From: an uncultured Acidobacteriaceae bacterium
GTDB taxonomy: Bacteria > Acidobacteriota > Terriglobia > Terriglobales > Acidobacteriaceae
Assembly (NCBI GenBank): GCA_963776535.1
Contig: CAVZNB010000019.1
Span: 19,409-83,408, forward strand
Length of the DNA: 64,000 bases
Reading direction: 5' to 3'
Shown here: positions 31,394 through 41,603 of the stretch, piece by piece
Position numbering within the stretch: position 1 is the first letter of the stretch
How the letters are laid out: the number at the start of each line of letters is the position of its first letter
The notes under the pieces: model-generated
What the model saw: the letters and a program-made list of their open reading frames with translations, nothing else
Database searches by the model: none
What the model was told of the DNA's origin: nothing
Translations under genes and position numbers: made by a program

Positions 31394-32515
31394 CTACGGT
31401 TTACCGCTTTCCAACTGTTCAAACGTCAGGTTCAAAATCGGGTACTGCCTCCAGTCCTTGTAGTCGAAGTGCCACCACTCCGATTCGTTTACGGTAAAGC
31501 CTTCCGCCTCCATCGCGTGGCGCAGCAGGTCGCGGTGCCAGCGTTCCCGCGCCGTGCCGCCGGGGTAAAACGGATACGACCGCTCCGACATCTCGTCGTA
31601 GCCGCCGGTCATGCGGATGGGCTCGCCGGTCTTCAGGTTGTAGAGTGTCAGGTCCACGGCGCAGCCGCGGTTGTGCTTCGATCCCTTGGCCGGGTTGGCA
31701 ACGAAGATGCGTTTGTCCGCCGGTGTACCTTCCCAGAACATCTCGGTCACGTACCAGGGGCGGTAGGAGTCGTGGATGAGCAATCCGTAGCCGAGCAGGT
31801 GCAGGTGTTGCGAGGCCCGCACCACGGCCTCGGCCGCCGGGCGTTGCATGTAGGCGCGCGGCTCCAGGTAGAGCGGCGAACCCAGGAAGTTGCGGCTGGT
31901 GGCGTAGCGGATATCGAGCTTGATGGTGGGGTCCAGCTGGTTCAGCTGCACCAGGTCCGGCTTGCGAAAAGTGCCGGCCTCCGCGGGCTGCGTGGCGGCC
32001 AGGGCCTGCTTGCGCAACTCGGCCACCGGCTTGAGCGGCGTGATGTGGAAGAACTGGTTCGGAGCGTCGAACGGTCGCCGCTTGTAGACGGCGCCTGCGA
32101 TCTCAACGCCGCTGACCGTGCCCGCGGCGTCGCGCTGGAAGCTGACCGTCTGAGCTCCGTGCGGGCCGCTGGCTGCCAGCCTGAAGACGCCGGCCGGATC
32201 AGGATGCAGCGTCTCCAGGTCAAACCAGCCGGAGAGGAGTTTCAACTCGCCATCGTCTTCCAGAACATAGAAGCGGGCCATCTCCGCGCCGTACTCGCCA
32301 ATCAGTCCGGCCCATTCCGGCTTGACGGCCGCGGGCATGGCCGCCGGGGAGCGTGGATCGAACTGCCCGCCGAACAGGTGAGCCCTGTCGCCGGTGACCA
32401 GCGAGACCGCCGAGCTGCGCGTTGCCGGTGCATCCTGCGCGCCGGCCAGGGGGCCTGTGAGAGCAAGTGCGATGAGCGTGCTGAGTGAGGCTGCGCGCAG
32501 CCAGGGGTGTGCCAT
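31394..32515 (-). CDS. D-Ala-D-Ala dipeptidase (M15D, VanX/DdpX family) with signal peptide and extra N-terminal domain
   Basis: LDIRYATSRNFLG, HDSYRPW, GSKHNRGCAVDLTL and ESEWWHFDY. Confidence 0.9.
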   Translation of the reverse strand: MAHPWLRAASLSTLIALALTGPLAGAQDAPATRSSAVSLVTGDRAHLFGGQFDPRSPAAMPAAVKPEWAGLIGEYGAEMARFYVLEDDGELKLLSGWFDLETLHPDPAGVFRLAASGPHGAQTVSFQRDAAGTVSGVEIAGAVYKRRPFDAPNQFFHITPLKPVAELRKQALAATQPAEAGTFRKPDLVQLNQLDPTIKLDIRYATSRNFLGSPLYLEPRAYMQRPAAEAVVRASQHLHLLGYGLLIHDSYRPWYVTEMFWEGTPADKRIFVANPAKGSKHNRGCAVDLTLYNLKTGEPIRMTGGYDEMSERSYPFYPGGTARERWHRDLLRHAMEAEGFTVNESEWWHFDYKDWRQYPILNLTFEQLESGKP

Positions 32516-32622
32516 GGGGATGTTTCCTCTTCCGGCCCGAGTGGTTTGAATTGTACCGCCCAAGGGGCAAAGCGAGGCTCAGCGGTTGCCGGGAGACGAT
32601 TTTTGCTCTTGTATGCGCTTGA

Positions 32623-32650
32623 TTTAGCAGTGTTGTAACCTTGTATTCAT
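32623..32650 (+). promoter_or_regulatory. Candidate Pho box
   Basis: Three units at 11-bp period upstream of pstC: TTTAGC (32623), TGTAAC (32634), ATTCAT (32645). Confidence 0.5.
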
Positions 32651-32685
32651 ATTGGGCCGGTAGCCTGTCTGAGGTGAGCGCCAAC

Positions 32686-33765
32686 GTGCCAGAGATTCGC
32701 ATCTCCCAATCTGCAGTACAGACCGATCCGAGTCCTGGCGACAGACAGGCCCCTCCGGGGTCGTTAGCGGCGGATATGTCTGCCATCCGCGGCTTTCTGC
32801 TTTCCCGGGGAAACTCGGCGATTGCGGACCGCGGCTTCCACTGGCTCATGGTGCTGTGCGCGCTCAGCATCTTCGGCATTGTGGTGCTGATTGCCACGGA
32901 GCTGGTGCGGGGCTCGCAACTGTCCTGGGCCAAATCCGGTTTTGCCTTCTTTGTATCGAGGTTTGTCGATCCCGATACCAGGCTCCCCATGTATTGGGAC
33001 CCGGTCAACGGGCATTTCAGCGCTTTGCCGTTTGTGTTCGGCACGCTGGTGTCGTCGTTTCTGGCGCTGCTGCTGGCGGTTCCACTGGCCATTGGCCTGG
33101 CTGTGTTTCTCACGGAGATGTGTCCGCGTGCGCTGCGGGCGCCATTAGCGTTCCTTACCGAGTTGCTGGCTGCCATTCCCAGCGTGATTTACGGCTTGTG
33201 GGCGATGTTTGTCCTGGTGCCGCTGCTGCGGGTATATGTGAATCCCGGGCTGATCAAGCTGCTGGGCTGGACGGGCTTCTTCAATGATGACAATCCTACC
33301 GGCCTGGGTTTTCTGGCCGCGGGCGTGATTCTGGCCATCATGATTCTGCCCATCATCTCTTCGCTCACGCGCGAGGTGATGAACGCGGTGCCGGGCTCGC
33401 AGCGCGAAGCAGCGCTGGCGCTTGGCGCCACACGCTGGGAGATGATCAGCATGGGCGTGCTGCGCAATGCCCGCATCGGCATCGTGGGCGCCATCATCCT
33501 GGGGCTGGGCCGCGCCCTGGGCGAGACCATGGCGGTCACCATGGTGATTGGCAATACACCGCAGATTCAGCGTTCGCTGCTGGCCAGCGGCAGTTCCATG
33601 GCGTCAGTGATTGCCAATGAATATGCCGAAGCTTCGAGCGATTTGCATCTCAGCGCGCTCACAGAAATTGGCCTGGCGCTGTTTATCGTGACGATTATTG
33701 TGAACGCGCTGGCACGGCTGCTGGTGTGGGCTGTGACGCGAGGAGCGCCGGCGTCGGCGCAATGA
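32686..33765 (+). CDS. pstC: Phosphate ABC transporter permease
   Basis: ELLAAIPSVIYGLW, EAALALGATRWE, GLGRALGETMAV and ASVIANEY; GTG start inferred after GAGG. Confidence 0.95.
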   Translation: MPEIRISQSAVQTDPSPGDRQAPPGSLAADMSAIRGFLLSRGNSAIADRGFHWLMVLCALSIFGIVVLIATELVRGSQLSWAKSGFAFFVSRFVDPDTRLPMYWDPVNGHFSALPFVFGTLVSSFLALLLAVPLAIGLAVFLTEMCPRALRAPLAFLTELLAAIPSVIYGLWAMFVLVPLLRVYVNPGLIKLLGWTGFFNDDNPTGLGFLAAGVILAIMILPIISSLTREVMNAVPGSQREAALALGATRWEMISMGVLRNARIGIVGAIILGLGRALGETMAVTMVIGNTPQIQRSLLASGSSMASVIANEYAEASSDLHLSALTEIGLALFIVTIIVNALARLLVWAVTRGAPASAQ

Positions 33766-33770
33766 TGGAC

Positions 33771-33810
33771 CAGGGACTAAGGGACTAGGGACTAGGGACT
33801 AAGGGACTAA
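33771..33810. repeat. Short tandem GGGACTA(A) repeat
   Basis: GGGACTAA-GGGACTA-GGGACTA-GGGACTAA-GGGACTAA between pstC and pstA. Confidence 0.8.
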
Positions 33811-33825
33811 CCGGGGAGAGATACG

Positions 33826-34692
33826 CTGCGAACGGGAAATGCATTACGGGCAAAGTTTCGGACGGCGGCCGATGGCCTGGCCACGGGGCTGGCCATACTG
33901 TCGACGGTGCTGGTGGTGACGCCGCTGGTGGCGATCTTCGCATACCTGATCTACAAGGGCGCGAGTTCGTTGAATTTTGCCTTCTTTACGCAGATACCTA
34001 AGCCGGAGGGCGAGCTTGGCGGCGGCATGGCCAACGCCATTGTCGGTTCGGGGGTCCTGCTGGGCCTGGCGAGCCTGATCGGCGTTCCCATCGGCATCGG
34101 CGGCGGAATCTTCCTCGCTGAATTCGGGCGCGGAACCAAACTGGCCAATGGCGTGCGCTTTACCGCCGATGTGCTCAACGGGGTTCCATCCATCGTGATG
34201 GGCGTGGCCGTGTATGGGCTGATTGTGACGCCGGCGATGCCGTTTTCAGCTATCTCCGGAGGCGTGGCGCTGGGCATTATGATGATTCCAACCGTCACCC
34301 GCACCACCGAGGAGATGCTGCTGATGGTGCCGCACGCCGTGCGCGAGGCCGCGCTGGCGCTGGGCGTTCCCAATTGGCGATCGGTCCTTTCCATTACCGT
34401 GAAGACGGCATCGCCGGGAATCATTACCGGGTGCATGCTGGCTTTTGCGCGGGTTGCCGGCGAGACGGCCCCCCTCATCTTTACCGCGTTCGGCAACTCC
34501 AATTGGAGCGTTGCTCTCAACCGGCCCATCTCTGCATTGCCGCTTGAGATCTACCGTTACGCAATTTCGCCGTACGACGACCAGCACCGCCAGGCCTGGG
34601 CCGCGGCGCTTGTCCTGGTTGTGTTGATTGTGGCGGCGGTTTCATTGGTGCGCTTTGTAACCAGCCGCGGCGTGCTGAAGGGAGCAAGCTAA
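33826..34692 (+). CDS. pstA: Phosphate ABC transporter permease (start uncertain)
   Basis: GGMANAIVGS, DVLNGVPSIVMG, REAALALG and ARVAGETAPL; frame is open back to TAA at 33808. Confidence 0.93.
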   Translation: MRTGNALRAKFRTAADGLATGLAILSTVLVVTPLVAIFAYLIYKGASSLNFAFFTQIPKPEGELGGGMANAIVGSGVLLGLASLIGVPIGIGGGIFLAEFGRGTKLANGVRFTADVLNGVPSIVMGVAVYGLIVTPAMPFSAISGGVALGIMMIPTVTRTTEEMLLMVPHAVREAALALGVPNWRSVLSITVKTASPGIITGCMLAFARVAGETAPLIFTAFGNSNWSVALNRPISALPLEIYRYAISPYDDQHRQAWAAALVLVVLIVAAVSLVRFVTSRGVLKGAS

Positions 34693-35451
34693 GTGGGAGT
34701 TGGCATCGAGGTAGCAAACCTGAATGCGTGGTACGGGGCGAATCACACGCTGCAGGACATCAATCTGAACATCCCTGCCAACCATGCCACGGCTCTGATT
34801 GGACCTTCAGGCTGTGGCAAGAGTACATTTGTGCGTTGCCTCAATCGCATGCACGAGACCAACCCCATTGCGCGCGTCACCGGCACAGTGCGCATCGGCG
34901 ATCTGGACATTTACAAGGACGCCAAGCCGGTGGAGATTCGGCGTCGGGTGGGAATGGTGTTTCAGCGGCCCAATCCATTTCCCACCATGTCCATCTATGA
35001 CAATGTGGCGGCGGGATTGAAGCTGAACGGGTATCACAACCGGCGCGTGCTGGACGAAATTGTGGAGCAGTCGCTGAAAGACTCGGCGCTGTGGGAGGAA
35101 GTGAAAGACGATTTGAGGAAGAAATCCGGCGCCAGCCTGAGCGGCGGCCAGCAGCAGCGCTTGTGCATTGCGCGCGCGCTTGCAGTCGATCCGGAGGTTC
35201 TGCTGATGGACGAGCCCGCTTCCGCGCTCGACCCCGTTTCCACGTCCAAAATTGAGGACCTGATCTTCGAGCTCAAGTCGCAGTACACCATCGTGATTGT
35301 GACCCACAACATGCAGCAGGCCGCGCGCGTGGCGGAGAAGACCGGCTTCTTTCTGAACGGGCGGATGGTGGAGTTCGACGCCACGCACAAGATATTCACC
35401 AACCCCAGCGACAAACGCACTGAGGATTACATTACGGGCAGGTTCGGATGA
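34693..35451 (+). CDS. pstB: Phosphate ABC transporter ATPase
   Basis: [37 protein letters not shown] and EDYITGRFG. Confidence 0.97.
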   Translation: MGVGIEVANLNAWYGANHTLQDINLNIPANHATALIGPSGCGKSTFVRCLNRMHETNPIARVTGTVRIGDLDIYKDAKPVEIRRRVGMVFQRPNPFPTMSIYDNVAAGLKLNGYHNRRVLDEIVEQSLKDSALWEEVKDDLRKKSGASLSGGQQQRLCIARALAVDPEVLLMDEPASALDPVSTSKIEDLIFELKSQYTIVIVTHNMQQAARVAEKTGFFLNGRMVEFDATHKIFTNPSDKRTEDYITGRFG

Positions 35452-36158
35452 CGCGCATACGGTTTCAACTCAGCCTGGACGAACTGAAGGAGAACCTGCT
35501 GGTGATGGCCGGTCTGGCCGAGCAGGCCATTCAGCGCGCCATTGAGGCCTACCGGGTGCGCGATCTCTCCATCTGCGACCTGGTCAGCCGCAGCGAAATT
35601 GCTATCAACCGGCTGGAGCGCGACATCGACCAGGCCGCGCTGGACCTGCTGGCGATGGAGCAGCCCATGGCCATCGATCTGCGCTTCATTCTCAGCGTGA
35701 TCAAGATCAATGCCGACCTGGAGCGCGTGGGCGACGCGGCCAAGAACATCAGCGACCGCGTGCGCAGCATGGAGCAGATGGCGGTCGTCGATCTGCCTGT
35801 GGACATTCCCCGCATGGCCACGCTGGCCGCGGACATGGTGCGCAAGAGCCTGCAGTCATTCATCGCGGCCGATCCGGAGATGGCGCGAACGGTGCTCACC
35901 ATGGACGATGCGGTGGATACCATGAACCGCGCCGCCTACAAGGCGCTGACCAGGGTGATGGAAGAGCAGAGCCATCTGGCTCCGCAGGCGCTGAATGCGC
36001 TGATGATTGCGCGCGCCCTGGAACGCGTGGCCGACCACGCCACCAACATTGCCGAAGACGTGATTTTCTGGGTGCAGGGCGCAGACGTGCGCCACCACAA
36101 GAGCCTGAAGAAGGGCCCTGACCCGCACGCGATGGGCGAAGCAGAGATCCCCGGATAG
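35448..36158 (+). CDS. phoU: Phosphate signalling protein PhoU
   Basis: [20 protein letters not shown] and [15 protein letters not shown]. Confidence 0.96.
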   Translation: MTRIRFQLSLDELKENLLVMAGLAEQAIQRAIEAYRVRDLSICDLVSRSEIAINRLERDIDQAALDLLAMEQPMAIDLRFILSVIKINADLERVGDAAKNISDRVRSMEQMAVVDLPVDIPRMATLAADMVRKSLQSFIAADPEMARTVLTMDDAVDTMNRAAYKALTRVMEEQSHLAPQALNALMIARALERVADHATNIAEDVIFWVQGADVRHHKSLKKGPDPHAMGEAEIPG

Positions 36159-36191
36159 ACTTCAAAATCTGTGCGGGTGCGTTGAAGTTAA

Positions 36192-36220
36192 ATGGGGCGC
36201 GGCTTCAGTCCGCGCCCCAT
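36192..36220. terminator. Palindromic hairpin (REP-like / bidirectional terminator)
   Basis: ATGGGGCGCGG-CTTCAGT-CCGCGCCCCAT between convergent phoU and the S10 peptidase. Confidence 0.7.
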
Positions 36221-36233
36221 CCGATTGTTGACC

Positions 36234-37903
36234 CTATTTGCTGTCGGCCAGCGTGCTCTTGATGAACGCGGCAACGCGGTCGTGCAGCTGCTTCAGGCTC
36301 TCGTCGCGGACGTAGACCATGTGTCCGGACTCGTACCAGTCGTACTCAATGTTCTTGGCCAGCGACTGCGGAATGGGCAGATGCTTCTCTTCATACTGCG
36401 CGGCAAAGAACGGCGTGGCCAGGTCGTAGTAGCCGCCATTGACCATGATCTTCAGCCGCGGATTGGTCTTCATCGCCTCGGCCAGGTCGTTGGCCACATT
36501 CAGGTTCGATGGGATTGCCGTGGTGCGAAAGATCCCACTGCGTGGCGCCAAACAGTGCTTCGGGCAGGTAGGTCTGGCCCTCGCCGTACTTCAGGTCGTG
36601 GCGCACGTAGTCGTTGAACAGCGAAACATAGGCCGACGAGATGGCCGAGCTCTGCGGATCGTACTCGGCGCCTTCGCTCAACGGATCGAGATTGGGCCCG
36701 GAGAAGCGCGTGTCCAGCCGGCCGGTGGTCAGATCCTGGTCGTCCTGCAGGGTCTTTTCAAACTCGCCGCCGTTGACGCGCAGATTGGCCTTGAGCAGGT
36801 AGGCCACGGGCAGGCCGGTGTACTCGTGCAGCTTCTCCGCCACGGTCTGCTTTTCCTCGGCGCTCAGATCGGTGCCCAGGGCCAGCGCATGCGTGTACGG
36901 GCCCATGGCGAACTCTTCCACTTCTTTCAGGAACGGCTCCAGCGCCGCCGGCTGCGTGGGCAGCTTCTTGTGGTACCACGCCGTGGCGGCATACGTGGGC
37001 AGCGCCAGCACATAGGGCAGGTCGACGCCGGGATTGCCGTTGGGGAAGTCGATGTCGGTGGTGAAGTTGAAGATCTGCGAAAGCAGGATCACGCCGTTCA
37101 GATCGATGCTCTTGCCGTTCTCCAGAATGTCGGCCAGCACCGCCGAGCGCGTGGTGCCGTAGCTCTCGCCAAAGATGTACTTGGGCGAGTTCCAGCGGTT
37201 GTACTTGGTAATGAAGCGGGCAATGAAGCGCGCAAAGGCGTTGGCGTCCTCATCCACGCCCCAGAAGGCCTTCTCCGCATCCTTGCCCACCAGGCGCCCG
37301 AAGCCGGTGCCCGGCATGTCGATGAACACCAGGTCGCTGGTGTCGAGCAGGGAGTAGGCGTTGTCCACCAGTCTTGTAAGGCGCGGCGGGCAGGTGCTGG
37401 TCGCCGTTGGTCACCACGTGCTTGGGGCCCAGCGAACCCATGTGCAGCCAGACCGTGGAGCTGCCCGGCCCGCCGTTATAAAAGAAGGTGATGGGCCGGT
37501 CTTCGGCCTTGGCGTCCTTCTTGAAGTAGGCCACGTAAAACATGCGCGCAAAAGGGGTTGCGTCCTTGGGCTCCTTGGGCTCGTCCAGGGCCAGCTGGCT
37601 GCCCGGCTGCGGCTTGCCGTCCATGCCCAGCTGCGCGTCCTGCGCGTCGGTGGAGCCCACGGTGAGCGTGCCGGCGACCGCGGTGTAGGCAATGGTTTGC
37701 CCGCCCACGTTGACGGAGCCGCTGGTGGTGGATTCCATCGGAGGCGTCTTGTCGGGAGTCTTTTCGGCAGTCTTGTCGGCAGTTTTATCGGCAGCTTTGT
37801 CCCCGGCTGCGGGCTTGGCGTCGTCTGCGGCCAGGGCAAAAACGGGAGCGGCAACCAGAGCAGCAGAGAACAGGGTTGCCATGAGAAGGGGTGAAATGCG
37901 CAT
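36234..37903 (-). CDS. Serine carboxypeptidase S10 family, secreted; frameshifts near 37372 and 36507
   Basis: RPITFFYNGGPGSS, DLVFIDMPGTGF, FGESYGTTR, GYYDLATPF and YESGHMVY. Confidence 0.92.
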
Positions 37904-38029
37904 ACGTGTCTCCAAAGGCGTGAGATCAGTTCGAAACGTTCGTTGATGGGTCTGCCGTCCAAAGTGGCCGGCTGAGGAAAATGGTGTTGACTGCTATACG
38001 GTCTCGGCCCGGCAGGTGTTCCCCGATTC

Positions 38030-39350
38030 CTACTTCTGCGGTTTATCGAAGGGCTGCTTGTCTGTGATTCTGGGGCGGTTTTCGGCTTGCAACTCTTTTG
38101 AGACGGCTTCCACCTCGCGAAAGACGCGCAGCAGATTTCCGCCAAGAATCTTGCGTAAATCCTCCGCCGAGTAGCCGCGGTCCATCAGCGCCTGCGGTAA
38201 TCTTGGGCAGGTCGGCCGGCGAGTCGAGTCCCTCTGGCAACTGCCCGCTCACGCCGTCAAAGTCCGAGCCGAGACCCACGTGGTCTATCCCGGCCACCTT
38301 GGCGATGTGGTCGATGTGGTCGATGAGCATGGACAGCGGCGGCCGCGGAATGCGGTCCGCATAGCTGCGCTGGATCTTTTCCTCGTCTTCATACAAAAAC
38401 TGCCGGCCCTCCGCCGCAGCCTTGGCCTTGGCGTCGGCCACTGCCTTGTCCACCTCCGGCTTCTGCGCCTTCTGCGCATCGCGATAGGCCTGGGAGATGA
38501 AGCCCGAGTAGAAGTTGACGTGCATCACGCCGCCCTTGGAGTTGGGCCCGCCGGAGTTGGCCACCGCGCGCAGCATGTCGTCGGTCATGTTGCGCGGCGC
38601 ATCGCACAGCGCCCGCGCCGACGAGTGCGAGGCAATCACCGGCGCCCGCGTGATCACCAGCGTCCGGTAAAACGTCCTGTCGGAGACGTGCGAGATGTCC
38701 ACCATCATGCCCAGCCGGTTCATCTCGTACACCACGTCCTTGCCGAACTCGGTCAGCCCCTCCTTGGTGTGCGGGATGGACTTGTCGTCGATGTCGCCGG
38801 AACAGTCGGCCCAGCCATTCGAGTTGGACCAGGTCAGCGTCATGTAGCGCACGCCCAGCGCGTAGTACTGCCGCAGCAGGGCAAGCGAGTTCTCAATGGA
38901 GTGCCCGCCCTCAATCCCCATCAGCGCCGCAAACTTGTGCGTGCGGTGCGCGTACTCAATGCCCTCCGGCGTGGCCACAAACATCATCTGGTCGGGATGC
39001 TTGGCCACCTGCTGCTTCACCGAGTCAATCAGCTCCAGCGTGCGCCGCGCATACTGGCCCTTGTAGATGCTCGGCTCAACCCAGATGGAGAAAAACTCCG
39101 CGCCCAGGTTGCCTTTGTGGATCGACTCCAGGTTCAGGTTGCCGCCATTCAGCGGGTCGCCCAGGTCAAAGTGCTCGTCCACAAAGCGCTGCGGCGTGTC
39201 GGCGTGGGTGTCAATAATGAGGGCGGACTTCTCGACCTGCGCGGCGGTAAGTTTTGTCGGGGGCATTTTCGGGGTGGGCTTGGCTGGGGTCTGGGCGCAA
39301 ACAACGCCCGTGGCGGCGAGCAGAATGGCGGCAAAGATACGGGAACGCAT
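38030..39350 (-). CDS. Membrane dipeptidase (M19 family), secreted; frameshift near 38195
   Basis: IDTHADT, GIEGGH, YMTLTW, MNRLGMMVDISH, SHSSARA and HVGLGSDFDG; corrected tail KILGGNLLRVF...KPQK. Confidence 0.92.
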
Positions 39351-39426
39351 AGGCTTGGCGTAAGTATAGAGCAGCCGAGCCAGCCACGGAGAGGGCGGGA
39401 CTTCGACCCTCAGGGCGCCGCGGATT

Positions 39427-39630
39427 CTAAAGCGCATCTTCCTTCGCGGGTTCCGGCACAAACACATCGCCTGCTTTGTGCCACTGGCCCGTCTGTCCGG
39501 ATCCCGCACCCTCCAGGCCGATCCTGTAGGCGTTGGCGCCGCCTTCGCCCGTAGCGCGTTCCAGAATAAAGCCCTCGTACGCCACTCCTTTATCGGTAAT
39601 CACAATGACCGTCTGATTCAAATCGAGCAC
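39427..39630 (-). CDS. Small hypothetical protein (SH3/Sm-like beta pattern)
   Basis: 67 aa with natural composition; SD-like GAAGG upstream of GTG; fills the intergenic gap. Confidence 0.6.
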   Translation of the reverse strand: MLDLNQTVIVITDKGVAYEGFILERATGEGGANAYRIGLEGAGSGQTGQWHKAGDVFVPEPAKEDAL

Positions 39631-39798
39631 GGTACAGCCTTCTTTCCGGGGAACGGTTGTGATCAGGCTAACCTGTTCGAGAGAATTTGCATAGGCGCAA
39701 GCAGCGCCTTCCCAAAGGGGAAAACCTGGAAGGACTCATCGTCGTCAACTGGGAGCCGCAAAATACGTCGGAACCGGAACCGGTCCAGGCGCAAGCCG

Positions 39799-40611
39799 CT
39801 ATTTGGGCGTCGGCCGAGCCGGAGTCGTTGGAGCCGCCGGAGTTGCCGAAGCCGTCGATGCCGTACTGCTGAAAGTGACTCCCCCCACAATCTGTTGCCG
39901 CAGATGAAAGTCCGCCGACGACACCTGCGAATTCACGTTCGGGAAGGTCAGCACATAGGTTCCTGTGTCGCCCGGCTGCACCAGCAGCCGCGGCTGCTGG
40001 GTTCCGTACTTGTCCATGAAGTGGGCGGAGTCCGCGTGGTGCGGAACGTGCGCGTCGTCAACCAGCTGAATCCCTTGCAGTTCCGAGCCGGCCACGAGGT
40101 TCGCCTCGTTCCCCTGGTTCGTAAAGGTGAAGGTGCATACGGCGCTGTTGCCGTTGTGCTGGCAGCCGGTGGAGGAGTAGACACGCGTTCCCCACGCCAG
40201 CGTCCCCGAGCCCACGGTTCCGCTGCCCATGTTCTTTTGCGCCGTGGCTGGATTCGTTGTCGTCCCTGGGTTCGTCGCCCCGGGCAGCGTCCCGTTTCTT
40301 CCCGCGCTCCCTGCCGCTGTCGTCCCATTCGTCAGCGGGTTCGTCGCTGTGTTGGGAGCGGTGGTATTGGCCGCCTTCTTGTTCTGTGCCGCCGCAGCCT
40401 TCGCTTGAGCTGCCGCAGCCCTGTTCTGCGCCGCCTGCTGTGCCGCCGCCTGGCGCGCCTCCCGCGCGGCCTGCGCCTTCTGCTGGGCAGGCGTAAGTGC
40501 CGGAGTCGCTGGCGTAGTCTGTCCTGCCGCGCCAATCGACGCAACAAAAATCAAGGCAAGCGCGCATGCACAGGTCAGGTGCAGCGATGAAATGCGGTGT
40601 GAGCGGTTCAT
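39799..40611 (-). CDS. Secreted hypothetical protein: Ala/Gln helix, Thr/Gly linker and Ig-like beta domain
   Basis: SD GGAGG; signal peptide; CQHNGNSAVCTFTFTN...LLVQPGDTGTYVLTF. Confidence 0.75.
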   Translation of the reverse strand: MNRSHRISSLHLTCACALALIFVASIGAAGQTTPATPALTPAQQKAQAAREARQAAAQQAAQNRAAAAQAKAAAAQNKKAANTTAPNTATNPLTNGTTAAGSAGRNGTLPGATNPGTTTNPATAQKNMGSGTVGSGTLAWGTRVYSSTGCQHNGNSAVCTFTFTNQGNEANLVAGSELQGIQLVDDAHVPHHADSAHFMDKYGTQQPRLLVQPGDTGTYVLTFPNVNSQVSSADFHLRQQIVGGVTFSSTASTASATPAAPTTPARPTPK

Positions 40612-41142
40612 CAGGCCTCCTTGGGGAAGAATCTCGATGACTGCCAGGGTTTGCGGATCTCGCCTTTGCGGAACCAATTGAATTGTGCTGCGTTTCAGGC
40701 TTCCTCGGCGGGTCAGCAATCAAGGAAATCCAGTCTAAATCCCGTGCGAACCTGGGAACAAGAGCATTTTTTACAGCGCTGTGAAATTCCTCGTCCGGCG
40801 TTTTTGAGAGCGCGCAGCGCACCAGGGCCGTATGATCGAAACCCTTCGCCAATCTCCGGGCAAGCTGTGAAGCGCACCCGTCATGAACCATCAATAGCTT
40901 AGGCTGGACCTCTCCGCCGCGAAGGTTACAACGACAGCGGGGCGTCCGGCTCTCTGCTGGAGTCGGAATAGCAAAAGAAGAAGGCGCAGTCTCAACGCAA
41001 TTCACGTTGGGTCCGGTCCGGATCGGCGCGGGCAAACATTGCCTGCGGCGCTGCACAAGTGCACCACCGTGGGCTTAAAGGAGAGTTGGCGAGCGATTGT
41101 TGCGGCGCACGGGAAGCTCGGGGCCTTCCCCTCTGAAGCGCT

Positions 41143-41409
41143 CTAGTGGTGATTCGCCGCTTCTGCCGCCATCTTCACTTCCTCAAATGCTTTGGCCAGC
41201 AGGTCTTTCGCCTTCGCCGCATGACCATGCATGTCATACTCGTTGGCCTGCTGCGCGGCGTCAAGTTTGCCTATGGCCTGTTCCATGAGACGCTGTGCGG
41301 CCGCCAGGTTCGGATGCCGGTTTGGATTCACGTTTTGGCCAACCAACACGCCGGATGCGAAGAGTCCCAGGCCGAGAACACTGCCCAGAAGCAGTTTGCG
41401 AGAAATCAT
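41143..41409 (-). CDS. Small secreted helical protein
   Basis: SD GAGG; MISRKLLLGSVLGLGLFASG signal; RHPNLAAAQ...DMHGHAAKAKDLL. Confidence 0.8.
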   Translation of the reverse strand: MISRKLLLGSVLGLGLFASGVLVGQNVNPNRHPNLAAAQRLMEQAIGKLDAAQQANEYDMHGHAAKAKDLLAKAFEEVKMAAEAANHH

Positions 41410-41603
41410 GGGAATTACCTCAGCAGACAAATTACAGAGTTGATTGCGGTCTGGCAACAGGAAAAATTCTGCTTGGGGGACTGCTGCGATGGAGCCGAGT
41501 CTCAAACGATTTGCGGTTCCCCAGGCTTCTGAATCGAGACCGAGGGCGCCCCCCTGCCTTGCCAGGCCGGCAGTTTCATCATTACCTTGTTTCTGTAACA
41601 AGG

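Noticed and set aside
5333-32515. Antibiotic-resistance genes (beta-lactamase, vanX)
   Set aside because: The SxxK domain is fused to NamZ, and the M15D enzyme has no vanHA context; cell-wall turnover is the simpler reading.
19242-33810. CRISPR array
   Set aside because: Units are 7-8 nt with no spacers, and no cas genes are present.
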